Shown: positions 31,544 to 43,572, counted from the first letter of the stretch. The stretch: DNA of 64,000 nucleotides from Candidatus Atelocyanobacterium thalassae (GCA_051971635.1 JBFPLN010000003.1:480001-544000); one strand, 5' to 3'. A program made the numbers and translations. The notes: generated by a model from the letters alone, not told the origin.

Positions 31544-32170
31544 ATGGAAAATTTTTGGTTTCAACCTCTTATATGGATAGATTATAGATTAGCGATAATC
31601 TGTGCTATTGTTATGCCCGTAATATTAACAATATTAGCTTTTCTGCAAAAGATCGATGCGATTGGACGCCTATTGGTTATTTACTGGCGGGTTTCTAGTC
31701 TATTATTAATTACTATTTATTTATTAATACCTGGTTGGAATGGAGAAAATAGTTCTTTTGAAATATTCTGTACACATTTAGGTTTTATTACTGCAATTTT
31801 AGCTCGTATTTTAATCCCAATATCTTTATGGTTTTGGATAGACTTAAATGATGAAATTAAAGATTTATCATGGAGCTCTCTTAAATTAGCACTCACTTCA
31901 TGGAGATGGGTTATGACTGTTTATAGTATTGTAGGAATTATATTCCGTATCCCTTTTTTTTCCTGTCTAATTTCTACAAGAGCTTTAGAGACTTCATCTT
32001 GCCAAGTTTGGATTGCTGCTCCTATTCAATATTGGTCAATTTTTCACAATAATACAACGTCTATTTTTTTAGGTCTTGTAGGCCTTATAGGATTGTTAGT
32101 ATATATTATGTATTTCATATACTTTTTATTAATTAGATTAAGGAAACAAGGAAGATTAGCGTTGGAATAA
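31544..32170 (+). CDS. DUF3177-family membrane protein
   Basis: WIDYRLA, IYWRVSSLL, WFWIDLNDEI and KQGR motifs. Confidence 0.85.
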   Translation: MENFWFQPLIWIDYRLAIICAIVMPVILTILAFLQKIDAIGRLLVIYWRVSSLLLITIYLLIPGWNGENSSFEIFCTHLGFITAILARILIPISLWFWIDLNDEIKDLSWSSLKLALTSWRWVMTVYSIVGIIFRIPFFSCLISTRALETSSCQVWIAAPIQYWSIFHNNTTSIFLGLVGLIGLLVYIMYFIYFLLIRLRKQGRLALE

Positions 32171-32288
32171 TAAATAATTTTCAATGTGTAATATGTTCTT
32201 TAAACCTTTAAAGAAAAACTTAGCTCTTGTAATTTACCAAGTGCTAACAAAAATGAATTCTAAAGATTTTACTATGATATATTCTTAG

Positions 32289-32627
32289 TTATCGCCTTGG
32301 ATCAGATGCTTCAATAAGAAAATGACTGCCATTTTTTTGATAAACTAAGACTTGCTCATTTTTTACTAGAGAATTGCCGGAATAATAAAATCTTAATTCA
32401 CTACTATCAGGTAATTCAATAAATAAAATACTCCCTTCTTCACTAGAAACAACTTTAGTAACTCTCCCTACTTGGTAAGAAGATTTATTAAAACTATTCT
32501 TCGTTTTATAAGTTATTTCATTTATGTTATGGTCTGCATATCCTTTATCTATCTGTTGAGCAATTACTGTCATAGTAATAAAAAATTGGGAAGTAATTGA
32601 TATTATCCAAACCAGTAACCAATCCAT
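32289..32627 (-). CDS. hypothetical, possibly exported protein
   Basis: 112 aa ORF, signal-peptide-like N-terminus, GAGGA RBS upstream. Confidence 0.65.
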   Translation of the reverse strand: MDWLLVWIISITSQFFITMTVIAQQIDKGYADHNINEITYKTKNSFNKSSYQVGRVTKVVSSEEGSILFIELPDSSELRFYYSGNSLVKNEQVLVYQKNGSHFLIEASDPRR

Positions 32628-32701
32628 TCAATAGTCCTCAACAGTATACTAATTTTTCAGTACTATATTTATTTTTTGCTTTGCTATTAATATTTGTTAA
32701 G

Positions 32702-32747
32702 TAATTTATTAGTACTAGTTATTAAGATAACTAGTACTAATAAATTA
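32702..32747. repeat. perfect 21-bp inverted repeat
   Basis: TAATTTATTAGTACTAGTTAT-taag-ATAACTAGTACTAATAAATTA. Confidence 0.8.
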
Positions 32748-32944
32748 GTAAAGTCTACAGTTTTAGATATATTTATAAAGCATGATTAATAAATGTAGCA
32801 GTATAAATAAATATATATATTAAATTACTATATGATTTTTTTATTAGCAGAAATAAAAATCAATTAGTAAGACATACCACTATCAATAATCATTAGTTTT
32901 TATAAGTTTAAGTTGTGAGATATTATACCTATTAGTACTATTTT

Positions 32945-33484
32945 TTACTGAATAATCCACAATAGAGATCTGCCTGCATCCCTTACGAGTTTGTTCAAAG
33001 TTTCTGAAGGTATATTAGAGGGTACAGGGAATGGTTTTGATATGATTCCTTGAGTACCAAATATAATTTCTCCTATAATTTTGGCACGATTAATATGATT
33101 ATTTGATGTGATTAGGTAAATACCTTTAGTTTTCTGAATCTGTAACTTCTTAATCAAGCTTACAAAATTAGTAACAGTATCTTTTGCTCTATAGTCTAAA
33201 TAAAGTCTGTTGTTACTAATTCCTGCATTCATAAAAATTTTAGTTATATATATTTGGGGTCCACCTGAGGATACCAAGAGAGACGATCTTGTATATTTAA
33301 GAGCTAACTTTGCAGCGAAACGCTCTCTTTCTTCATGTCCACCTAATATAAATAAAACTTTAGGTTGAATAAAATAGTTTTTTAGCTGTTTATCACCAGA
33401 TATTAAACTTATGATTAATAAAAACATAGGAATAAGAGTTTTTATCCTTATATTCGATTTAATGAAAAAATTGTTAAAAGACAT
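32945..33484 (-). CDS. YdcF/DUF218 family protein
   Basis: ILGG..ERE, VSSG, DYRAKDTVTNF, YLITS..H..RA. Confidence 0.85.
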   Translation of the reverse strand: MSFNNFFIKSNIRIKTLIPMFLLIISLISGDKQLKNYFIQPKVLFILGGHEERERFAAKLALKYTRSSLLVSSGGPQIYITKIFMNAGISNNRLYLDYRAKDTVTNFVSLIKKLQIQKTKGIYLITSNNHINRAKIIGEIIFGTQGIISKPFPVPSNIPSETLNKLVRDAGRSLLWIIQ

Positions 33485-33592
33485 AAGTCATATATTTTTT
33501 ATTCAGCATTATTAAAGTGTTACTATTATTTTGTTTAAGATGTTAATCTAAGATAAATAAAAAATTAATTATTTATTTATAAGAAATATTTA

Positions 33593-34660
33593 ATGATGAG
33601 TAAAATTGTTGTAGGTTTATCAGGTGGGGTAGATAGTTCAGTAGCTGCTGCGAGCTTGTGTAATCAAAATTATGAAGTTTCTGGTTTAACTCTATGGCTA
33701 ATGAAAGGAAAAGGTCAATGCTGTTCAGAAGGAATGGTAGATGCAGCGTATATATGCGAACAATTAAACATTCCTCACTATATCGTAGATGCTAAAGAAT
33801 TATTCAAGAAGAACATCGTAGATTATCTAGTATCAGGGTATAGATCTGGAATAACTCCTTTGCCCTGTTCTCAGTGTAACCGCTCTGTAAAATTTAAGCC
33901 GATGTTGGACTATGCTGAACAAGAACTAAATTGTAATTTAATTGCTACAGGCCATTATGCTCGTGTACGTTTTGATAAAAAGACTGAAAAATATCATTTA
34001 CTAAGAGCAATAGATCGGAGTAAAGATCAATCTTATTTCTTATATGATCTTCCTCAAAGTATTTTAGCTAAAACAATTTTCCCATTAGGAGAGCAAACTA
34101 AAGAGAAGACCCGTCGTATGGCTACTGAGTTCAAACTCAAAACTGCAAACAAACCAGAAAGCCAAGACTTATGTCTTATAGAATCCTATGGTTCTATGGC
34201 ATCTTTTTTAGAAAAATATATTAAACCTCAAACTGGAGATATCGTTGATCTAGATGGTAAAGTTTTAGGTAATCATAAAGGTATTCACAACTATACTGTT
34301 GGACAAAGAAAGGGACTTGGGATATCAGCGTCAGAACCTTTATATGTGTTGAAATTAAATTTTCATGATAACCAAGTAGTTGTGGGAAAGCGTTCTGATG
34401 GCTTCCATTCCAGTTGTATTATTAAAGACGTAAACTGGATTTCCATGTTTGAGCCGAATACTCCTATGAAGGTAGAAGTTCAAGTTAGGTATCGTTCTCT
34501 TGCTATTTATGCGACTATAATACCTATGCAAAATAATCGTTATAAATTAGTCTTTGAAGAACCACAGTTTGGCGTCACAGCTGGACAAGCAGCTGTTTTA
34601 TACGATGGTGATATTGTCTTAGCTGGAGGAATAATCGAAAAGCAAGAAATCCTATTCTAG
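33593..34660 (+). CDS. mnmA: tRNA 2-thiouridylase
   Basis: [41 protein letters not shown]. Confidence 0.98.
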   Translation: MMSKIVVGLSGGVDSSVAAASLCNQNYEVSGLTLWLMKGKGQCCSEGMVDAAYICEQLNIPHYIVDAKELFKKNIVDYLVSGYRSGITPLPCSQCNRSVKFKPMLDYAEQELNCNLIATGHYARVRFDKKTEKYHLLRAIDRSKDQSYFLYDLPQSILAKTIFPLGEQTKEKTRRMATEFKLKTANKPESQDLCLIESYGSMASFLEKYIKPQTGDIVDLDGKVLGNHKGIHNYTVGQRKGLGISASEPLYVLKLNFHDNQVVVGKRSDGFHSSCIIKDVNWISMFEPNTPMKVEVQVRYRSLAIYATIIPMQNNRYKLVFEEPQFGVTAGQAAVLYDGDIVLAGGIIEKQEILF

Positions 34661-34829
34661 CCTTGTAATATTAAAATATTTATCAAGAATACAATCTATA
34701 ATTTAATTATTAAATTGCAAATATTTTAACAATTAATATTTTTTGTAATATCTGTACTGACTTTGTATAAAAATGTACCGTATCAATACATTTTACTAAA
34801 ATAATGTATTACAAATCTTATAGTTAATT

Positions 34830-34848
34830 AGGTGGGCATTACCCACCT
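34830..34848. terminator. GC-rich hairpin between convergent mnmA and ndhB
   Basis: AGGTGGG-catta-CCCACCT. Confidence 0.55.
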
Positions 34849-34879
34849 TACTATTACTAATCTCATTAAAGCTATAGTT

Positions 34880-36442
34880 TCAATCTACAGAGATAACTAA
34901 TGCTTCTGTTTGAGAAACATGAATATTATCAACACTTGCTTGTAAAATAGGAGTACTTAGTACTGAATCATAAGCTAGAGTTATCAAAGGATTAGATAAG
35001 ATTCCTATCAAAGAAGTTGCCACTACGGACAGAACCAGGCCAACTTGTAAAGGTCTCATCCCTGATAAATTCCATCTAACTTTAGGATAGTTCTTAACAG
35101 CATCAGACATTTCACTTTCTTCTTTGACGACCATCATTTTTACTACACGAATGTAATAGTAAATAGATATAACACTAGTAACTAATGCTAATAAAACCAA
35201 ACCATAAAGTTCAGATTGCCAGCCGGCCCAAAAAAGATAAATCTTGCCGAAAAATCCTGCTAGTGGAGGTATACCACCGAGAGAGAGTAAAGATATACTA
35301 AGACATAAAGTTAGCAAAGGATCTTTTTGATATAACCCTGAATAATCACTAATTTTATCTGTCCCAGTTTGAAGAGAGAAAAGAATTACTCCACTAAAAG
35401 CTCCTAAGTTCATAAATAGGTATACTAGCAAGTAAAAAAGCATACTAGAGTATCCAGTATCTGTTCCTGCAATCAAACCTATCATGACAAATCCTGCTTG
35501 AGCAATTGAAGAATAAGCTAACATTCTTTTCATACTTGTTTGAGCTAAAGCTACTATATTCCCTAGTATCATGCTCATAATAGCTAAAGCAGTGAAAATT
35601 AAATGCCATTCATCTACTATAGAAGAAAAAGCAGTTACTAATAAGCGAATAGCTAAAGCAAAACCAGCTGTTTTAGATCCTACAGAAAGGAAAGCAACTA
35701 CTGGTGTAGGTGACCCTTCATAGACATCTGGTGTCCACTGGTGAAAAGGAACTGCAGATATTTTAAACGCAATACCAGCAATCATAAATACTAAAGCAAC
35801 GGCTAATTCTAAAGAAGAACTATGACTGCTATTTATAATGTTGCTTGATATAGAGCTAAGAATTGTTTCTCCTCCTGATATTCCATAGAGAAGTGAAGCC
35901 CCATAAAGAAAAATAGCTGTACTAGAAGCTCCTATCAAGAGATATTTTAAAGCTGCCTCATTAGATCGAGGATCCCGTTTCATATATCCTGTCATTAAAT
36001 ATGAAGAAATACTTAGCATCTCCATAGAAATAAAAATCATTACTAATTCGTTAGCACCACAGAGGAACATAGCTCCAAGTGTAGCTGCTAACATTATGAC
36101 AATAAATTCTGCCAAAGGTGTTCCTGTCTGTTCTACATATCGAATAGACATAGAAATAGTAATAATTGTAGATAGAGTAATAATTACTCTAAAAATAATA
36201 CTTAAATGATCCCCATTAAAACCTCCTAAAAAACTTATAGTAGAGGGGTTGTTCCAATTAATGCAAAGAGAAATTAGTGAAGCAAATAAGCCAATTATTG
36301 CTCCATAAGGAAGCCATGTTCTGGCGTTACGTCCTCCAATTAAATCTCCAACGAGAATCGAGATTAAAGTGATAATGACAATTCCTTCAGGAAGAATTGT
36401 TCCAGCATTGAGTTGGCTGGCAATATTGCTAGAAAAGTCCAT
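34880..36442 (-). CDS. ndhB: NDH-1 subunit B (NdhB/NuoN)
   Basis: [53 protein letters not shown]. Confidence 0.98.
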   Translation of the reverse strand: MDFSSNIASQLNAGTILPEGIVIITLISILVGDLIGGRNARTWLPYGAIIGLFASLISLCINWNNPSTISFLGGFNGDHLSIIFRVIITLSTIITISMSIRYVEQTGTPLAEFIVIMLAATLGAMFLCGANELVMIFISMEMLSISSYLMTGYMKRDPRSNEAALKYLLIGASSTAIFLYGASLLYGISGGETILSSISSNIINSSHSSSLELAVALVFMIAGIAFKISAVPFHQWTPDVYEGSPTPVVAFLSVGSKTAGFALAIRLLVTAFSSIVDEWHLIFTALAIMSMILGNIVALAQTSMKRMLAYSSIAQAGFVMIGLIAGTDTGYSSMLFYLLVYLFMNLGAFSGVILFSLQTGTDKISDYSGLYQKDPLLTLCLSISLLSLGGIPPLAGFFGKIYLFWAGWQSELYGLVLLALVTSVISIYYYIRVVKMMVVKEESEMSDAVKNYPKVRWNLSGMRPLQVGLVLSVVATSLIGILSNPLITLAYDSVLSTPILQASVDNIHVSQTEALVISVD

Positions 36443-36679
36443 AAGTTAGTTAGTAACAGAGGTTCGTAAAAGATACCTAAGCTATTAAACTTGAGATATC
36501 TGTATTTGATGAGATAAACGTCCTTCTGCAATCATAAGATATAGAGGTAAAATCATGCTAGTTTTTATACTAGTAATCACACCTCAAAACAATTATTTCA
36601 ATATTATTATCATTACTTCTTGTTCAAAATTACTTACTTTTTTATTGATAGCTCTTGATTTTATGTGTTGTTAAAATAT

Positions 36680-37222
36680 TTATCTTATACAAAGATAACA
36701 TTTTGACCATCTCTCTAATTCGTGCAAAGAGGCTGGACGCTGACATTGTGGACAAACTGAAAAAGATGTTAATTGATTTTTAACGGTCATAGTCCATTTT
36801 TCAAAAGCTGATTGAGGGGTTTGACTTTCTTTTATATAAATCTTAGAGGCGGATGAATACGAGTTACTGTAAGAGAAAAAACTTATTTTTTCTTTCTCAT
36901 GTAGGTTAATATTTACTTGATTCTTCCCAGACCATTTAGCTGAGGAGAAATGAAGCTTAGTTATTGAAGTATATAATAACTGCTGATTAATTTTTTTAAG
37001 TAAAGAACATTTCTGAAACGATAACTCTTGAGACCATCCTGTGCTTGAAGTTGCAATATAAACAATATCTTGATTAATAGATAATACGTTTGTATTGATT
37101 AAAATGTTATGTGTAACTATATTTTTCCATATACTACATATCTCTACATATTGATGGTAATAGGTCCAATGCTTTTTTTTCGTTAGTAATGCTAGTGGTT
37201 TATCGAGTGAGGTAAATGCCAT
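36680..37222 (-). CDS. DUF721/DciA-family protein with C-terminal Zn ribbon
   Basis: W..IV...I...T..L..., WSQELSF; CPQC...ELERWSKCYLC. Confidence 0.8.
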   Translation of the reverse strand: MAFTSLDKPLALLTKKKHWTYYHQYVEICSIWKNIVTHNILINTNVLSINQDIVYIATSSTGWSQELSFQKCSLLKKINQQLLYTSITKLHFSSAKWSGKNQVNINLHEKEKISFFSYSNSYSSASKIYIKESQTPQSAFEKWTMTVKNQLTSFSVCPQCQRPASLHELERWSKCYLCIR

Positions 37223-37477
37223 TTAAAAAAGTGGTAAATATAAAGTTTTGTTTTAGTTTGTTTTTTTAGAAAAGATAAATTAATAATTGTTAAGTGTATA
37301 GGTAGATAAATATATGGATAATATGTTCATATTTTTATTAGCAGTTTCTTAAAGTCATATAAGATCTGCTAATAAGATCACAACACATCCATTATAGAAA
37401 TGAATTTATGATATGAATAAATTACTTGATTCTGCTTATTAATATAGATATTTTATTCAAATTATTATTGTTACCAT

Positions 37478-38641
37478 ATGATGCAGATTTATCTCGACTA
37501 TAGTGCTACAACTCCTCCTCGATCAGAAGTTATTAATTGTGTTGATCAAGTTCTTTCATACAATTGGGGTAACCCTTCCAGCATACATCAATGGGGAAAG
37601 AAAGCTTCTATGATTCTGGAAACGGCAAGAGTAAAGATAGCTAATTCAATTAAAGCTAGTAATTTAGAATCAATTGTTTTTACATCAGGAGGAACTGAAG
37701 CTAATAATCTAGCCATTTTAGGTATTGCTAAGCAATGTAAGAAAAGACAACATATTATTATTTCTAGTGTTGAGCATTCATCAATTAACAAACCTATAAA
37801 GTTTCTAGAAGCTAATGGATGGGAAATAACTCGATTACCTGTGAATTACCAAGGTAGAATTAATCCCCTCGATTTAAAGGCTGCTATTAAGGAAAATACT
37901 GTTCTTATTTCTATAATTTATGGACAAAGTGAAGTAGGAACAATACAGCCTATTCGAGAACTATGCCAAATTGCAAAAAGTTATGATATTCTTTTTCATA
38001 CAGATGCAGCACAAGCAATTGGTAAATTGGCTATTAGCGTTCAAGATTTAAACATTGATTTATTATCTTTTTCAGCTCACAAAATTTATGGAATTCAAGG
38101 AGTAGGAGCTTTATATATACGTCCAGGAATTAAAGTTCATCCCTTACTTTATGGAGGAGGACAAGAACAAGGGATACGTTCTGGAACTCAGGCTTTAGCG
38201 ACTATTGCCGGTTTTGGAGTTGCTACAGAATTAATATGTAAGGAGATAGTTGAAGAAAGTAATAGATTAATACAATTACGAAATCAATTATTTAAATATA
38301 TGTCTGATTGTCCTTATTTAATAGTTAGTGGACACCAAAAATATCGTCTTCCTCATCATGTCAGTTTCATTTTTTCAGATTTATTAAACAAACAAAAGAC
38401 AATAAAGGTTACTGGTCAAACTATAGTTCGTCATATGAACTTAGCAGGTATTGGTATTAGTGCTGGTTCAGCTTGTCATAGTGGTAAATTGGTTCCCAGT
38501 CCAATACTATTAGCTATGGGATATTCTGCAAGTGATGCAATAAGTGGAATTCGTTTAACTTTAGGTAAGAAAACTACTCAAAATGATATTGTATGGACAG
38601 CTACTGTTTTAAAACAGATTTTAAACCGTTTATTTTCATAG
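37478..38641 (+). CDS. cysteine desulfurase (IscS/NifS-like, class V PLP enzyme)
   Basis: IYLDYSATT, FTSGGTEANN, HTDAAQ, SAHKIYG, SAGSAC. Confidence 0.95.
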   Translation: MMQIYLDYSATTPPRSEVINCVDQVLSYNWGNPSSIHQWGKKASMILETARVKIANSIKASNLESIVFTSGGTEANNLAILGIAKQCKKRQHIIISSVEHSSINKPIKFLEANGWEITRLPVNYQGRINPLDLKAAIKENTVLISIIYGQSEVGTIQPIRELCQIAKSYDILFHTDAAQAIGKLAISVQDLNIDLLSFSAHKIYGIQGVGALYIRPGIKVHPLLYGGGQEQGIRSGTQALATIAGFGVATELICKEIVEESNRLIQLRNQLFKYMSDCPYLIVSGHQKYRLPHHVSFIFSDLLNKQKTIKVTGQTIVRHMNLAGIGISAGSACHSGKLVPSPILLAMGYSASDAISGIRLTLGKKTTQNDIVWTATVLKQILNRLFS

Positions 38642-40042
38642 TCTATGCTGTTCATCTTCTCCTCCAATAGTAATGTTATTGATACGTAAACTTGGTCCAC
38701 CACAGCCTACGGCCAAACCATTTTGGCCTTCTTTAGAACATCCTCCTGATTCATCCCAATAAAAATCATTACCAATTGCCTCAATATTTTTTAATGTCTT
38801 AAATGTATTTCCCGATAATGTAACATCTCTAATTGGTTCCGCGATTTGACCATTTCTTATCATCCAAGCTTCTCCTGCCCTAAAAGTATATATCTCCCCA
38901 TTCGTCATCCCTCCTAGCCAATTTTTTGCATAGATTCCTTTGTTGATGCCATCAAATAAATTTTTAACTGGAGTTTTTCCTCGTTCAATCCAAGTATTAG
39001 TCATCCGAACTAAAGGAGGATAATAATAGTTCAAACAGCGCGCATTACCGGTAGGACGTTCATCGAGTTTTCCAGCAGTTTCACGAGAATGAAGTCTACC
39101 AACTACCAAACCATCTTCGATAAGTTGAGTAGTTGTAGCTGGAACTCCTTCATCGTCATAAAAATAACTTCCTCTATGTCCTTGAGGAGCTGCCCCATCA
39201 AAAATTTGCAATATTTTAGGTCCGAATTTTCTTCCTAAACTAATTACTTCTGAAAGATTTGGATTTTTACAAAACATATCAGCTTCCGAAAAATGTCCAA
39301 AAGCTTCATGAACAAATAATCCTGTTAAAACTGGATCTATTACTACTGTATAACGACCACTTTTTACTGTTGGCATAGTTAAAGCATTAACAGCTCTTAC
39401 TGCTGCACCTCGTACCTTTTTATCTAGTTTGGTTAATTTATCATAACCTTCTCTAGAGCCAGTAGTTTCTCGCCCAATTTTTACGCTCTCACCATTTTGT
39501 GCAATTGCAGAAAACCTCATTTCAAGATCGATCCAGGATTGATCAATCATCATTCCCTCAGATGTTACTATTATTACATGATGAGAACTATCAACATAAC
39601 TAACTAAAGTAGTAGTAATTCGATGACTTACACTTTGTAAAATATCGTTATATTTGTGACATAGTTCTTTCTTTTCCGATAAGCTAACTTTAAATGGATT
39701 ACGACTAGTTAAGGGAAGTTCACACGTAGTTTGAATAGGTATAACAGGTGCGAGAATAGTCTTACTTATTCCTACTACAATAGCTGCATTAATTGCTTTT
39801 TCTATACTTTGAAGTAATTGAGAAAATGAATTAAAAGAAGCGAAACCCCATCCTCCTTTATGACAAGCACGCACTTGTCCTCCTCTTGAAATAGTACTGC
39901 TAAAACTTTCTGCTATATTTGTTCTTAATTGAATATTAGTTCCTTCATAGGCTTCAATCCTAATAGCCAAATGATCAACACGATGGCGATTCTTAGCTAT
40001 TAGATCATAAAGTATGTTTTTATAGCTGTTAATATTATTCAT
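38636..40042 (-). CDS. tldD: TldD metalloprotease
   Basis: HEAFGHFSEAD, YDDEG, GNAR, RMTNT, CSKEGQ. Confidence 0.9.
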   Translation of the reverse strand: MNNINSYKNILYDLIAKNRHRVDHLAIRIEAYEGTNIQLRTNIAESFSSTISRGGQVRACHKGGWGFASFNSFSQLLQSIEKAINAAIVVGISKTILAPVIPIQTTCELPLTSRNPFKVSLSEKKELCHKYNDILQSVSHRITTTLVSYVDSSHHVIIVTSEGMMIDQSWIDLEMRFSAIAQNGESVKIGRETTGSREGYDKLTKLDKKVRGAAVRAVNALTMPTVKSGRYTVVIDPVLTGLFVHEAFGHFSEADMFCKNPNLSEVISLGRKFGPKILQIFDGAAPQGHRGSYFYDDEGVPATTTQLIEDGLVVGRLHSRETAGKLDERPTGNARCLNYYYPPLVRMTNTWIERGKTPVKNLFDGINKGIYAKNWLGGMTNGEIYTFRAGEAWMIRNGQIAEPIRDVTLSGNTFKTLKNIEAIGNDFYWDESGGCSKEGQNGLAVGCGGPSLRINNITIGGEDEQHRL

Positions 40043-40288
40043 AATTAAAAAACTTCCCTAGCTATTAGAGTTATCTGATAATAACTGACTTAGTTATTAT
40101 CATTATCTTGTCTGTTAAAAATACTATTAATAACTACATGAGTAAGATGATACCTTTAGCTATATTTTAACTATGAGATCATGATGTGAGTTAAAAGCTA
40201 CTTTGATATTAGAAATTAAGTCACCTTTTAAAATATGCAAATATCTGTAACAGTTATAATTACATAATGTTAGGTGATAAAGTTTTTA

Positions 40289-40747
40289 CTATCTAATTCT
40301 GTTTGGTATTTCTAATACAGGCCGATTTAGAGCAATTGTCAAAGCCTGGTTATCATTTTTTTGAACATAACGACGAAGTGCAAACCCGTCTTGTAACCAA
40401 ATGGTACCAAATATCATAACCATGGTACCTAGACTACCAAGGATTGTATTAAACTTTTTACGTTGTTGACAATCAATTTTATTAAAAATATCCTGAGATA
40501 AAACAGATTTAGATTTAATATTTATAGGCGTAGAGATAATACAGGTTTCTCTTTTAATTCGTAATAATGTTTTATATAATTTATTGAAATCTGGTTCAGT
40601 ATCTAACCAATATTCTATCGCCTTACTTTCTTGTGATGTAACTTCACCGTCGACATAGGCACTTAATAACTCAAAACGTTTAGAATCGTCTTTTACATTA
40701 CTACAATGATTTGTTGTAAACCTTTTCTTAAATTCAGAATTAGACAC
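40289..40747 (-). CDS. anti-sigma factor (partner of SigG)
   Basis: RFELLSAYVDGEVT motif, single TM helix, directly downstream of ECF sigma. Confidence 0.85.
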   Translation of the reverse strand: MSNSEFKKRFTTNHCSNVKDDSKRFELLSAYVDGEVTSQESKAIEYWLDTEPDFNKLYKTLLRIKRETCIISTPINIKSKSVLSQDIFNKIDCQQRKKFNTILGSLGTMVMIFGTIWLQDGFALRRYVQKNDNQALTIALNRPVLEIPNRIR

Positions 40748-40863
40748 TGTAAATGACCTCCCTATATATAAACCAAGAACTTTGGTTGCAGAGACGGAAA
40801 TTAATGTTAGTAATCTTGCAATACTCCTTATTAGTAAAGAATAGAACTACAATAAAACTAAAA

Positions 40864-41529
40864 TTAATCAATATATTTTTGCAAAACAGTCTGAAGTTTT
40901 GCTCTAGCCCTCGCAATTCTCGACTTAACTGTTCCTAAAGAAACTTCTGTCATCTCTGCGATTTCTTCATATGCTAGTCCTTCTATTTCGCGAAGAACTA
41001 TCGCAACACGAAATGCTTCTGGTAAACCAGCAATTGCAGCTTGTAAGCGATCATAGAATTCACGAGTTGCAAGATTATCGTCAGGACTTGGGTAGTCTGA
41101 AACGATGTCCCATTCTATTTCTCCATCATCCACTCTCCTAGGTGCATCTAGAGACATGGGATGACGTACTCGTTTACGTTTCCGAAGTTCATCATAGAAT
41201 AAGTTTGTAGCAATACGACTCAACCATCCTCTAAACTTCACTGGTTCATTAAGCCGCTTCACATTTCTATAAACACGAATCCAAACCTCTTGAGCAAGAT
41301 CTGCACGATCTTGCCAATCAGGTGCCAAGTGATAAAGAACTCTATCAACATGAGATTGGTAACGGTTTAATAATTCGGTAAATGCTCCTCTATCAGGCTG
41401 AGCTCCTTTTTGACATAAGATAATAAGATCATAGTTGGAGAGCTTCTCTGGAGGCACTTTAGATTGGTACTTCTGCCATTGGCTGAACAGCCCAGGTGCC
41501 GAAATTGCTTGACTCATAAGTTTACCCAA
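40864..41529 (-). CDS. sigG: ECF RNA polymerase sigma factor SigG
   Basis: HLAPDWQDRADLAQEVW, WLSRIATNLFYDELRKR, GTVKSRIARAR. Confidence 0.93.
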   Translation of the reverse strand: MGKLMSQAISAPGLFSQWQKYQSKVPPEKLSNYDLIILCQKGAQPDRGAFTELLNRYQSHVDRVLYHLAPDWQDRADLAQEVWIRVYRNVKRLNEPVKFRGWLSRIATNLFYDELRKRKRVRHPMSLDAPRRVDDGEIEWDIVSDYPSPDDNLATREFYDRLQAAIAGLPEAFRVAIVLREIEGLAYEEIAEMTEVSLGTVKSRIARARAKLQTVLQKYID

Positions 41530-41762
41530 GATATATCTTTTTATCTCTGATATTCCTCATACGGAGACGTAGATCAAAAAAAATAGTTCCTTGAATCTTA
41601 ATGTTTTAGGACATTCTAATCTTAGTTATTAATAATATAGAGAATAGTCTATTTTAGATACAATAATAATGCCGTAAATACCCAACAATTATTATTAATT
41701 TTTGCGTATTATTATTTTGTCTTTGAATAATTCTTTTAATATCTAAAGTAGAGAGCTAGATT

Positions 41763-42602
41763 ATGCATTTTGCTAAATACCAAGGTTTAGGTAATGATTT
41801 TATTTTAATTGATAACAGGAGTAGCTCTAATCTTCTATTATCTCCTGAGCAAATATTGAAGATATGTAACCGTCATTTTGGAATTGGAGCTGACGGAGTT
41901 ATCTTCGTTTTACCTGGAAATGAAATTAGCGATTATGGCATGCGTATTTTTAATTCTGATGGCTCGGAACCAGAAATGTGTGGTAACGGAATTCGCTGCT
42001 TAGTCAGTTTTATTAGCACTTTAGAAAACTGTGCAAAAAGTGGTAAAACCTATAGAATAAGTACATTGGCAGGTGTCATGAATGCTGAGCTGCAAACTGA
42101 AACACAAATAAAAGTAGAGATGGGAAATCCTCTATTTTTAAATAAACAAATTCCTACAACTTTAAAAAATAAAAATAATACAGTTATTAATTACCCATTA
42201 GAAATAGAAGAAGAGATTTGGCCAGTGACTTGTATTAATATTGGTAATCCTCATTGTGTCACATTTGTTAAAGATAGTGATTTAATTGACCTGGAAAGAC
42301 TTGGCCCACTATTTGAATATCACTCCGCCTTCCCGGAACGTATCAACACAGAGTTTGTTGAAATTATACGTTCTGATTACTTAAAAATGCGAGTTTGGGA
42401 GAGAGGGGCGGGAGCAACCTTGGCTTGTGGTACCGGGGCTTGTGCATCTGTTGTCGCAGGAGTTGTAGCTAAAAAAACTGAACGAATATGTACTGTCGAA
42501 CTACCTGGAGGCTGTCTTACTATTGAATGGATAGAGGGTAGCGGTAAAGTGTATATGACCGGAAGTGCAGAAAAAGTTTTTGTAGGAGAATATGCCCAAT
42601 AA
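41763..42602 (+). CDS. dapF: diaminopimelate epimerase
   Basis: KYQGLGNDF, EMCGNGIRC, GNPHC, ERGAGATLACGTG. Confidence 0.98.
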   Translation: MHFAKYQGLGNDFILIDNRSSSNLLLSPEQILKICNRHFGIGADGVIFVLPGNEISDYGMRIFNSDGSEPEMCGNGIRCLVSFISTLENCAKSGKTYRISTLAGVMNAELQTETQIKVEMGNPLFLNKQIPTTLKNKNNTVINYPLEIEEEIWPVTCINIGNPHCVTFVKDSDLIDLERLGPLFEYHSAFPERINTEFVEIIRSDYLKMRVWERGAGATLACGTGACASVVAGVVAKKTERICTVELPGGCLTIEWIEGSGKVYMTGSAEKVFVGEYAQ

Positions 42603-42699
42603 ATTTTATTATGTCAACCTAGTAAACTATTGCTTAATTAAAATAATTGATATTTAAACATTAATCATTTATTTATTTCTAAGACTAAACATCGTTAAA

Positions 42700-42748
42700 T
42701 AAATAGGAATATTAATATTTTTTTAAAAAGTATTAATATTCCTATTTA
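42700..42748. terminator. perfect 18-bp inverted repeat (extendable) after dapF
   Basis: TAAATAGGAATATTAATA-13 nt-TATTAATATTCCTATTTA. Confidence 0.7.
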
Positions 42749-42795
42749 TACAAATTTATATAAATATATGAAAAACGCAATTAATTACTCTACAC

Positions 42796-43572
42796 ATGAT
42801 ATTTGTTCACTATTCTAAATTACTAATTATTATCTTTGGTTTATTGATATCAAAAACATCTATACTACTTGCACAAGATAATAATTTTATCAATTCTTTA
42901 TCTCCACCTCAGGCACATCCTTTGCCAATTACTCTACAACGAGTAAATAATCAGCCATATTCAAATAATTATTTGAATAAAATTAAAAGTAATGCCATTG
43001 GATATCTTATATGGTCTAGATTTCCTATAAAAGTCTACATAGATGAGGTAAGCTATCCAAGTGTTTATCAAATATCTACCGAAAAATTAAGGGCTAATCA
43101 GTGGATTAGTAATGTTAGAAAAGCTATCTTTGAATGGAGTATTTATTTACCCATAGTAGAAACTTCCAATGTTAAATTTGCAGAAATTATTATTTCAAGA
43201 AGGGAACCACCATTAAATAATAATAACCTTTCAAAGATGCAAAACTTAAAAAAAATAAAAGCGAAAACTGCACAAACCATTTATACGTTTTATATTCATA
43301 GCGATATATTACTTCATAGAATGACGATAAATATTAGTTCAAATTTAGGAGAGATTTCTACTTTATCTGCGGCACGCCATGAACTAGGACATGGACTTGG
43401 TATTTGGGGACACAGTATGGATAAAAATGATGTTCTTTATTCTTCTTCAACTAATTTACTTACTTCTATCTCTTCAAAAGATATTGATACATTAAAACAA
43501 ATATACAAACGATCTACTCGTATGGGATGGAAAGTACTTAACAATAAAAAATTTAGTTTAATAGGACTATAA
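42796..43572 (+). CDS. matrixin-like Zn metallopeptidase, exported
   Basis: HELGHGLGIWGHS metzincin motif; N-terminal signal-like segment. Confidence 0.88.
   Translation: MIFVHYSKLLIIIFGLLISKTSILLAQDNNFINSLSPPQAHPLPITLQRVNNQPYSNNYLNKIKSNAIGYLIWSRFPIKVYIDEVSYPSVYQISTEKLRANQWISNVRKAIFEWSIYLPIVETSNVKFAEIIISRREPPLNNNNLSKMQNLKKIKAKTAQTIYTFYIHSDILLHRMTINISSNLGEISTLSAARHELGHGLGIWGHSMDKNDVLYSSSTNLLTSISSKDIDTLKQIYKRSTRMGWKVLNNKKFSLIGL

Noticed and set aside
34765..34778. GTA-N8-TAC NtcA-like site
   Set aside because: Lies between two convergent gene ends and is expected by chance in AT-rich DNA
38636..38641. 6-nt overlap of convergent cysteine desulfurase and tldD 3' ends
   Set aside because: Ordinary consequence of compaction
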